From Coriobacteriia bacterium (GTDB taxonomy: Bacteria > Actinomycetota > Coriobacteriia > Anaerosomatales > SLCP01), in contig JAHYJI010000002.1 in NCBI GenBank assembly GCA_019429145.1, positions 19,336-83,335 of the forward strand: DNA of 64,000 nt. The letters are read 5' to 3'. Below the pieces are notes generated by a model that was given only the letters and a program-made list of their open reading frames with translations, searched no databases and was not told the DNA's origin. The translations under genes and the position numbers were made by a program. Of this stretch, positions 57,261 to 64,000 are shown in pieces. The stretch's first letter is position 1. Every line of letters starts with the position of its first letter.

Positions 57261-57740
57261 GTGGACCGTCCGGTGCGCCTCGGGATCGTGACGTGTTCGG
57301 ATACCCGCTCGGAAGCCGAGGACACGGCGGGCGCGGCGCTCAAGACGCTCATCACGGCCCGCGGCTGGCAGGTAGTCGCCTACACCATCTGCCCCGATGA
57401 GGAGTCCTGCATCGCAGAGGCGCTCATCGAGATGGCCGACTCGCTCGATGCCGACGTCATCCTGACGTGCGGCGGGACCGGATTCAGCCCGCGCGACATC
57501 ACGCCCGAGGTGACCGAGAGGGTCGCCGGTCGCCGCGCGCCCGGCATCGCCGAGCACATCCGCGCGCAGAGTCTCGCGGTCACGCCGCGTGCTGTGCTCT
57601 CGCGAGCCACCGCCGGAATCCGGGGCACCACACTCATCATCAACCTCCCCGGTAGCGAGAAGGCCGCCCGGGAGTCATTCGGTTTTGTGGCCGACCAGCT
57701 CGAACACGCCGTAGACATGATGGCCGGAGGGGGGCACTAG
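57261..57740 (+). CDS. moaB: MoaB/MogA family molybdenum cofactor biosynthesis protein
   Basis: LGIVTCSDTRS...DVILTCGGTGFSPRDITPE...PGSEKA motifs. GTG at 57261. Confidence 0.88.
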   Translation: MDRPVRLGIVTCSDTRSEAEDTAGAALKTLITARGWQVVAYTICPDEESCIAEALIEMADSLDADVILTCGGTGFSPRDITPEVTERVAGRRAPGIAEHIRAQSLAVTPRAVLSRATAGIRGTTLIINLPGSEKAARESFGFVADQLEHAVDMMAGGGH

Positions 57741-58910
57741 GTGCCCGCATCCAGCTCCCCACGACCGGTCGCCTACCTCGATCACGGCGCGACGTCCTGG
57801 CCGAAGCCCGAACAGGTCGTTCATGCGGTCACCCGTGCTCTGACCGAGCTCGGCGGCAACCCGGGACGTGGTGCGTACGCGATGGCGCTCGCGGCATCGC
57901 GCGCCATCTTCGAGTCCCGGCGGACGTGCGCAGAGCTGCTCGGCGTCCCCGACTCCCGCGACCTGATCTTCCAGCCCAGCTGCACGGCAGGCTGCAACCT
58001 CATGCTCAAGGGGACGCTGAAGCCCGGTGACCGGGTCGTCGTCGGGTCGATGGAGCACAACGCCGTCGCGCGGCCGCTCGAGCACCTGGCACGCACGGGC
58101 GTCGAAGTGGTCGTCGTGCAGGGCGACCGCACGGGGCTCGTGGACCCCGACGACGTCGAACGCGAGGTCCGCGCCGCACCCACCCGCGCGGTCGTCTGCC
58201 AGCACGCATCCAATCTCACCGGCACTATCCAGCTCATAGGAGACCTCGCCGACATCGCGCACGAACACGGCGCGCTGATGCTCGTGGACGGGGCCCAGGG
58301 GGCCGGACACGTCGACGTGGACATCCGCGTCCTCGGAATCGACGCGTACGCAACCTCCGGGCACAAAGGCATGCTCGGACCGCAGGGGGTGGGCCTGCTC
58401 TACCTCTCGCCTGACCTCGATGTTCAGACTCAGGTGCAGGGCGGGACCGGCGGCGGAGGATCGGAGTCCCCCGACATGCCCATCGAGCGCCCCGATCGCT
58501 ACGAGGCGGGAACCGCCAACACGCCGGGAATCCTCGGCCTCGGAGCGGGAGCCGCGTTCCTCATCACCGAAGGTGCGCGACAGCATCGTCGCGAGGCGGA
58601 GCTCGCGCGCCAGCTCATCGAGGGCATCTCGACGATTCCCGGCTTCAGGGTACTCGGGCCTCCAGCGGGTGCGCCACGCGTGCCGATCGTCAGTGCGGTG
58701 CACGACAGAGTGGATGCGGACAGGATCGCCTTTGCTCTCGACCGTACGTACGGCATTGCTGCCAGGGCGGGCCTGCACTGCGCGCCCTGGGCGCATCGCA
58801 CCATCGGGACCGTGGACTGCGGAGCGATACGGCTCGGTATCGGCTGGGGCAACACAGGCGAGCACATCGACCTTGCGCTGCGCGCCCTGCGCGACATCGT
58901 CTCCTCATGA
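57741..58910 (+). CDS. class V aminotransferase: cysteine desulfurase / selenocysteine lyase family
   Basis: YLDHGATSWPKP, HASNLTGT, ATSGHKGMLGPQGVG (PLP lysine), TPG, and GLHCAPWAH (active-site Cys loop). It starts 1 nt after the moaB stop. Confidence 0.85.
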   Translation: MPASSSPRPVAYLDHGATSWPKPEQVVHAVTRALTELGGNPGRGAYAMALAASRAIFESRRTCAELLGVPDSRDLIFQPSCTAGCNLMLKGTLKPGDRVVVGSMEHNAVARPLEHLARTGVEVVVVQGDRTGLVDPDDVEREVRAAPTRAVVCQHASNLTGTIQLIGDLADIAHEHGALMLVDGAQGAGHVDVDIRVLGIDAYATSGHKGMLGPQGVGLLYLSPDLDVQTQVQGGTGGGGSESPDMPIERPDRYEAGTANTPGILGLGAGAAFLITEGARQHRREAELARQLIEGISTIPGFRVLGPPAGAPRVPIVSAVHDRVDADRIAFALDRTYGIAARAGLHCAPWAHRTIGTVDCGAIRLGIGWGNTGEHIDLALRALRDIVSS

Positions 58911-59155
58911 GCGGCCGCCCGTTGCGCTCCTTTGCCGTACTGGGCTTCGCGACCACCCATACCGCGCTCGCTGCGGAGCAGTTGCTCAAGGATCTCGGTG
59001 TGCCGGTGACGCCGATCCCCGCGCCCACGTCGATCGGCGGCGCACTCTGCGGCATCGCCCTGCGGCTGGATCCCGGCGATGTCGAGCGCGCCGAGACCTT
59101 GCTGGAGCGTGCGGAGCTCCCGGTCGCCGCGCGGGGCGAGATAGAGGATGTCTAG
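58907..59155 (+). CDS. DUF3343 domain protein (putative Se/S carrier-like)
   Basis: 82 aa: FAVLGFATTHTALAAEQLLKDLGVPVTPIPAPTSIGGALCGIALRL, which is the DUF3343 pattern with its conserved Cys. 4-nt overlap with the desulfurase gene. Confidence 0.7.
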   Translation: MSGRPLRSFAVLGFATTHTALAAEQLLKDLGVPVTPIPAPTSIGGALCGIALRLDPGDVERAETLLERAELPVAARGEIEDV

Positions 59156-59238
59156 CGCTCGCCGCGAATGAGAGCAGCACCGGGTGCGCCTGAGGAACGA
59201 CCCTCACTGCTTGCCTAGCGGGGGGTCCTCTGGTGTAA

Positions 59239-59254
59239 TGTAACTCGTGTTACG
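59239..59254. promoter_or_regulatory. palindrome TGTAAC-N4-GTTACg upstream of the cytochrome operon (site B)
   Basis: gtaaTGTAACtcgtGTTACGag. Same half-sites and spacing as site A at 51692. It lies 115 nt upstream of the cytochrome b ORF start. Confidence 0.45.
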
Positions 59255-59368
59255 AGCTCTTCCTGCAACGCCCGACGTCCGGCAGTCGTCGAGCGCGTCG
59301 CGTGCGGCTGGAGCCAAGCTGCGGGAAGAGACGGCCGAATCGCATACGCGGGGGCTGCGAGTCCTCGC

Positions 59369-60235
59369 GTGACAGGGAGCAGGGGGGTGTCGGCGATAGT
59401 AAGCCTGACCCAGTTGAACATCTGGCTGGACGTCGCGTTCACCAGCCTCTACGCGGTCGTTCTGGTCGCCCTCGTCATACACTTCCTCGGCAGCATCCCC
59501 AAGGGGCGATTCCGCAAGAAGTTCATCCTCAAGAAGTGGCCGGAGCACGATCACGCTCCGGGGACCCAGCCCAAGCTCCTGCACCACACACATATGCTGA
59601 TGATGATCGTCCTCGCGATCTCGGGCCTCTACATCAGGTTCCCGTTCTTCGATGGCGGCCGCACGGCGATGCGCTACATCCACTACTTCGCCATGATCGT
59701 CGTCACGATCAACCTCATCTGGCGGCTGTGGTACGCGTTCTTCTCCAAGCAGCGCGACTGGAGGGAGTTCGCGATCACCAAGGATGACGCCAAGTCCGCT
59801 CTCGGCGTCATCCTCTACTACTCCTACATCAGCAACAGCAAGCCGCACACGTCGTCGAAGTACAACGTCATGCAGAAGTTCAGCTACCAGTTCTTCCTCG
59901 TGCTGATGCTGATGCAGGTGTATACCGGCTTCGCGTTAGTGTTCACGCCCATATTCTGGGGCTACAGTCCCCGTGACATCCTCGTGGGCTGGTGGCTCGG
60001 GGTATTCGTCGGCTCGACCGACCTTGCCGGATGGTATGCGCGCACGGCCCACTACGTGATCAACTGGCTCTTCATCATCATGACCACCGTCCACGTCTAC
60101 CTGTCCGCGACCGAGGACGTCCCGGTCACGCTCGACTTCTTCTTCGTCAAGGACCTGGAGATCAAGGGCGGCCACGGTCATGCACCGGAGCCGCACGCGG
60201 TCCCGGCCGCGGGGACGACGGCGGGTGATCAGTGA
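59369..60235 (+). CDS. membrane b-type cytochrome (Ni/Fe-hydrogenase / FdnI / PhsC-type cytochrome b family)
   Basis: 4-5 TM helices with conserved His (VIHFLG, LLHHTHMLMMIV, MRYIHYFAMIV, TAHYVINWLFIIMTTVHVY) and KYNVMQKFSY. The start may be GTG at 59387. The stop overlaps the next gene's start. Confidence 0.75.
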   Translation: MTGSRGVSAIVSLTQLNIWLDVAFTSLYAVVLVALVIHFLGSIPKGRFRKKFILKKWPEHDHAPGTQPKLLHHTHMLMMIVLAISGLYIRFPFFDGGRTAMRYIHYFAMIVVTINLIWRLWYAFFSKQRDWREFAITKDDAKSALGVILYYSYISNSKPHTSSKYNVMQKFSYQFFLVLMLMQVYTGFALVFTPIFWGYSPRDILVGWWLGVFVGSTDLAGWYARTAHYVINWLFIIMTTVHVYLSATEDVPVTLDFFFVKDLEIKGGHGHAPEPHAVPAAGTTAGDQ

Positions 60236-61119
60236 TGCGAGCCGGCACTTTGACCAAACTGGCTCTGCTGGCGCTGGCCCTCTCTGTGACGATGATCCCT
60301 GCGGCAGCTCTTGCCCAGGAGGCACCGGTGGCCACCACGAGCGCTGACGTCATCGGCTACGACGTCGACTTCACCCTGCCCACCGCCGCCAAGGCGGGAT
60401 GTCTGGTGTGTCACGGCGACGAGAACCTGATCCGTCTGCGCGAGGACGAGATCGTGAGCTTCTTCGTCGATCCCGCCGAGCTCGAAGCGGGCCCGCACGC
60501 GACGGTTCAGTGCGCCGGCTGCCACCTCGACTTCGCCTTCACCCTGCCTCACGTGCAGGAGACCGAGGATTGGCAGCGCACCGCCAAGTCCGCGTGCAAG
60601 AACTGCCACCAGGACCAGTACGTGGAGTACGGCCAGGGCGCTCACCGTATCGAGGTCGGCAACGGTGCGTCCGCCGATGCTGACGAGAAGCCGCTGTGCG
60701 GCGATTGCCACGGTGCGCACGACATGGTGGCGCTCGTGGATAGTCCCGAGGGCCAGGCGGCTATGCGGGACAACGCCTGGGAGGTCTGCGGCCGCTGTCA
60801 CGAGGACTACTGGGAGAACTACAACGACTACTACCACGGCCGCCCCTTCAAGCGCGGCGGTGCGTATGACGCGCCATCGTGCTGGGACTGCCACGGTTAC
60901 CACGACATCAGGCCGTCGAGCGACCGTCGTTCGACGGTGCACGAGAGCCGGCTTGCAGAGACGTGCACCAGCAACCCGGCCTGTCATCATGACGTGAATG
61001 TTGACTACCTGACCTACGCGGAGATGATCCACGGGCACGGTGAGCTGCTGGAGCAAAATCCCCTCTTTGACCTCCTGAGCAGGATACGGTCGGCGATCTC
61101 CGGCTTGTTCGGTGGCTAG
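60232..61119 (+). CDS. secreted multihaem c-type cytochrome, 6 CXXCH + 1 CX5CH
   Basis: Signal peptide LALLALALSVTMIPAAALAQEA. Motifs: CLVCH, CAGCH, CKNCH, CGDCH, CGRCH, CWDCH, plus CTSNPACH. Confidence 0.88.
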   Translation: MMRAGTLTKLALLALALSVTMIPAAALAQEAPVATTSADVIGYDVDFTLPTAAKAGCLVCHGDENLIRLREDEIVSFFVDPAELEAGPHATVQCAGCHLDFAFTLPHVQETEDWQRTAKSACKNCHQDQYVEYGQGAHRIEVGNGASADADEKPLCGDCHGAHDMVALVDSPEGQAAMRDNAWEVCGRCHEDYWENYNDYYHGRPFKRGGAYDAPSCWDCHGYHDIRPSSDRRSTVHESRLAETCTSNPACHHDVNVDYLTYAEMIHGHGELLEQNPLFDLLSRIRSAISGLFGG

Positions 61120-61173
61120 GCGAGACCTCCTCAGAGGACGCGCGCCACGCGAGACTCGGAAGGGCAGGCGGCG

Positions 61174-62421
61174 ATGATCCATCTCACGAGAGGTCGGGCG
61201 GTCCATCTCCTGTTGGCGACCGTGTGTGCGGCAGTGCTGCTGCTCGGAGTTGTGACGCTCGCAGTCGCACAGGATGACGGAGTCCTGATCATCGACACCG
61301 GTGCACCCGTCTACGCCAGTACCTGCAAGGTGTGTCACGGGGTGATAGCCGAGGGGCGCAACCCGCAGGTCGAGTTCAGTCACGCTACCCACATGGTCTA
61401 CGCATGCAGCAGCTGCCACGGCGTGTTCCCCCACACGCCGGCCGGAACCCTGACCCCCACGATGAAGAGCTGCTGGAACTGCCACGGGCTGCGCCACGGC
61501 CCGATGGGGATCATCGCAGGCTACGAGTGCGAGCAGTGCCACGGCAACTACGCCGGGCGGATGCGTCCCGACTTCCACGGTCGTGACTGGGCCGAGGAGC
61601 CTCACGTCCAGCCGGGCATCGACGAGCTGCGAACCACGTGCATGATGTGCCACACGAAGGCCGACTGCGACTCCTGTCACCAGGAGGTCGGAGTGACCTG
61701 GCGCACGGCCGTGCCGTTCACCTACGACGCCGAGAACGGGTGCCTTGCCTGCCACGGCTACGAGAACCTCACGAAGGTCTCCGAGGACGGGCTGAAGTCC
61801 TACTACGTCACGGGGATCGATCAGAGTGCCCACCGCGACATCACCTGTACGCAGTGTCACCCCGACTTCGACTACACCGATGACGCGCCCGCGACACCCC
61901 TCTGGCGCATCAATGCCGGCCTTGCATGCCAGGAGTGCCACGACCACCAGGATGTGACCGAGGTCTACGCCGAGTCACTTCACGGCCGGCTCATCGCCGA
62001 TGGTGAGTACTCCTCGGCGACGTGCGCGTCCTGTCACGGTGGTCACGACATCGCTCGCCTCGACACCGAGGCGGCTCGACGTGCACTCCACCTGAGCGGC
62101 GAGCAGATGTGTGCCGAGTGTCATCGCGAGGCGTTCGACAGCTACGATGACTATTATCACGGCGCCCCGTACAAGCGCGGCGCCGTAGACGCACCGTCTT
62201 GTTGGGACTGCCACGGCGCCCACGAGGTGCTTGCGGTAGCCGACCCCGCATCGCTCATGTATTCGACCAATGCGGTCGAGACGTGCGGCCAGGACGGCTG
62301 CCACTACGGCTCGAGCGCGTCGTTCATCGAGCACACGTCCTACCTCATCCACGGCCGGAGCGAGTCCGTCTCCGCCAATCCGATCATCCGCTGGTGGCGT
62401 TCGCTGAGGGGTCAGGGGTAG
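61174..62421 (+). CDS. membrane-anchored/secreted multihaem c-type cytochrome, 12 CXXCH + 1 CX4CH
   Basis: N-terminal hydrophobic anchor LLLATVCAAVLLLGVVTLAVA. Motifs: CKVCH, CSSCH, CWNCH, CEQCH, CMMCH, CDSCH, CLACH, CTQCH, CQECH, CASCH, CAECH, CWDCH, plus CGQDGCH. Confidence 0.88.
   Translation: MIHLTRGRAVHLLLATVCAAVLLLGVVTLAVAQDDGVLIIDTGAPVYASTCKVCHGVIAEGRNPQVEFSHATHMVYACSSCHGVFPHTPAGTLTPTMKSCWNCHGLRHGPMGIIAGYECEQCHGNYAGRMRPDFHGRDWAEEPHVQPGIDELRTTCMMCHTKADCDSCHQEVGVTWRTAVPFTYDAENGCLACHGYENLTKVSEDGLKSYYVTGIDQSAHRDITCTQCHPDFDYTDDAPATPLWRINAGLACQECHDHQDVTEVYAESLHGRLIADGEYSSATCASCHGGHDIARLDTEAARRALHLSGEQMCAECHREAFDSYDDYYHGAPYKRGAVDAPSCWDCHGAHEVLAVADPASLMYSTNAVETCGQDGCHYGSSASFIEHTSYLIHGRSESVSANPIIRWWRSLRGQG
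61324..61680 (+). repeat. hexahaem module copy 1 (119 aa, protein-level repeat)
   Basis: Residues 51-169 of the 415-aa cytochrome: CKVCH...FSHATH..CSSCH..FPH...PTMKSCWNCHGLRHG...CEQCH...WAEEPH...CMMCH-x4-CDSCH. Confidence 0.6.
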
Positions 62422-62430
62422 GCCGGCCAT

Positions 62431-64000
62431 ATGAACTCTGCCCGGAAAACGATTCTGTTCGGCGCCGCGGTCGTGCTCCTCGCGACCGCGTTGGCCATGG
62501 CCGGACCGCTGTCCGGCATCGGCCAGGAGGCCTCGCCCGAGATCGACCTCACGGGTCCGGTCAGGGCATCCTCCTGCCTGCAGTGTCACGAGTCGCTCGG
62601 AGAGTCCCGCTCGCCGGGCCTGACGTTCGACCACGAGACCCACCTGCCTCCGGCGTGCAACGCGTGCCACATCAGGCCGGCTCACGAGGCCGGCATCATC
62701 TACTCGCCGCCGATGTCGACGTGCTTCGCGTGCCACGGCCTCGTCCACGGCGTCCAGGGACTCGTCGCGACAGCGGCGTGTGACTACTGCCACACGCCCG
62801 AGTTCGAGCTCAGGCCGGCATGGCACGTCGAGACGTGGGCTGAGGAGCCTCACGCCGGCGCTTCACTCCGTGGCGGCACGAATGGATGCATCCTCTGCCA
62901 CGATCCGCGCCAGGACTGCGACGCCTGCCATGCCGAACTTGCCATCGACACGCCGCGCGTGCCGCCGATCTACGTAAGCTCCATACCCACACCTGAGCGG
63001 CGCCCGCCGGTGACCGTCGACCCGACCGCTGCGGTGACGATGGGCCAGTGCTTCTTCTGCCACCCGGTGATCGATCGCGAGTGGCCGGACCTCATCTTCA
63101 CCCACGACACGCATCTGATGCGTGACTACCGGTGCGAGACCTGCCACGAGTCCTTCCCCCACGGCGTGGGGGAAGTCGAGATTCCCACGATGATCTCCTG
63201 CTACCGCTGTCACGGTCTGCTCCACGCGGCTCAGGGTGAGGTCGCCGCCGGCGAAGACTGCCTGCTCTGCCACCCACCCGCCTTCGAGCTGATACCGGCC
63301 GACCACACCCCGGCGTTCATCGCCGAGGAGCACGCGGAACCGGCACGCGACGACATGCCGCAGTGCACGATGTGTCACGCGTCGACGCTGTGCTCCGAGT
63401 GCCACCGTGGAGAGCGCGAACTCGACGACGGCACGCTGAGCCTGCAGGTCATACCCGATGACCACCAGCAGGCCGAGTGGATCGTCGACCACGGAGGGAT
63501 CTACCTCGGCGGCATGGGCGCATGCTCCGTCTGCCACACGTCCGAGTCCTGCCAGCGGTGCCACTTCACGCCGATGCCGCACTCCACCACCTGGCTGGCG
63601 GACCATACGGCAAACGGTTACCCGCGCGATGACTGCAAGGTCTGCCATCAGGACCGCGCGTCGTGCCAGGAGTGCCACCACGGTGACGTGCGCGATCTCG
63701 AGCTTGTCGCAGAGAACTGCGTGGACTGTCACCCGGTGATGGCAACGGAACCCGCCACGGATATCAAGGAGATGGGCTTCGCCGAGCACGCGGTGCACTT
63801 CGGGGTCGAGGAGTCGATCGGGCGTCCGTACGTGTGCGACGACTGCCACGTCGGCTTCACAGTGGCGCGCGTCCGCGACTTCGGAACGCACAACTTCGCG
63901 ACTCAGGCACACGACTTGCGTATCTGTTATGACTGCCACGGTGCGCTGGACTCCAGCAACATCGAGATCGCACCGTGGCCCGGCTCCCAGCTCTGTCGCC
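62431..64000 (+). CDS. large multihaem c-type cytochrome, 3' end outside window (at least 19 CXXCH in 523 aa)
   Basis: This ORF is not in the supplied track because it has no stop in the window. My own translation from ATG 62431 gives MNSARKTILFGAAVVLLATALAMAGP... with no stop to nt 64000. Motifs: CLQCH, CNACH, CFACH, CDYCH, CILCH, CDACH, CFFCH, CETCH, CYRCH, CLLCH, CTMCH, CSECH, CSVCH, CQRCH, CKVCH, CQECH, CVDCH, CDDCH, CYDCH. Confidence 0.85.
   Translation, partial: MNSARKTILFGAAVVLLATALAMAGPLSGIGQEASPEIDLTGPVRASSCLQCHESLGESRSPGLTFDHETHLPPACNACHIRPAHEAGIIYSPPMSTCFACHGLVHGVQGLVATAACDYCHTPEFELRPAWHVETWAEEPHAGASLRGGTNGCILCHDPRQDCDACHAELAIDTPRVPPIYVSSIPTPERRPPVTVDPTAAVTMGQCFFCHPVIDREWPDLIFTHDTHLMRDYRCETCHESFPHGVGEVEIPTMISCYRCHGLLHAAQGEVAAGEDCLLCHPPAFELIPADHTPAFIAEEHAEPARDDMPQCTMCHASTLCSECHRGERELDDGTLSLQVIPDDHQQAEWIVDHGGIYLGGMGACSVCHTSESCQRCHFTPMPHSTTWLADHTANGYPRDDCKVCHQDRASCQECHHGDVRDLELVAENCVDCHPVMATEPATDIKEMGFAEHAVHFGVEESIGRPYVCDDCHVGFTVARVRDFGTHNFATQAHDLRICYDCHGALDSSNIEIAPWPGSQLCR
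62575..62931 (+). repeat. hexahaem module copy 2 (119 aa)
   Basis: Residues 49-167 of the partial cytochrome: CLQCH...FDHETH..CNACH...PPMSTCFACHGLVHG...CDYCH...WAEEPH...CILCH-x4-CDACH. Cys offsets are 1/28/50/69/105/115, against 1/28/50/69/106/115 in copy 1. Confidence 0.6.
63049..63405 (+). repeat. hexahaem module copy 3 (119 aa)
   Basis: Residues 207-325: CFFCH...FTHDTH..CETCH..FPH...PTMISCYRCHGLLHA...CLLCH...IAEEH...CTMCH-x4-CSECH. Cys offsets are 1/29/51/71/106/115. Confidence 0.6.

Overview
This is a gene-dense window with high G+C (about two-thirds by eye, not computed). I call about 70 CDS and 2 tRNAs. I saw no rRNA, CRISPR array, transposase or integrase. The synteny (nth / mfd / prsA-like / mazG-eno / pyk / ftsB-DUF501-ppx) looks actinobacterial. 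The flavodiiron protein, nitroreductase, selenocysteine, tungstate and multihaem cytochrome content suggests an anaerobe.

Nt 1-22.7 kb is mostly housekeeping: a MacB-type ABC exporter, an ECF sigma/anti-sigma pair, PLP enzymes, mfd, eno, pyk and ppx.

After tRNA-Leu(UAA) at 22.7 kb the content is accessory and respiratory:
- a B12-binding / TPR / glycoside hydrolase operon;
- a complete selenocysteine-decoding island: selD with an in-frame UGA and a SECIS-like hairpin, a half-size yedF-like gene, selA, selB and tRNA-Sec;
- photolyase and ybgA;
- fetAB;
- a Fur-family regulator with cbiMQO;
- a tungstate module: an HTH+PBP regulator, mop, a candidate Moco/Wco riboswitch and tupABC;
- a ten-gene, largely translationally coupled molybdenum/tungsten cofactor operon. 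It starts with a MobA-FdhD fusion and ends with a cysteine desulfurase plus DUF3343.

The most interesting locus is at the right edge and is cut by the window end. A b-type cytochrome gene is followed by three multihaem c-type cytochrome genes carrying at least 39 haem-binding motifs, built from repeated 119-aa hexahaem and ~230-aa heptahaem modules. An ATGTAAC-N4-GTTAC palindrome occurs upstream of both the cofactor operon and the cytochrome operon, which suggests co-regulation.

All family assignments come from reading the translated ORFs. No database search was run, and start codons are inferred from RBS, context and homology memory.
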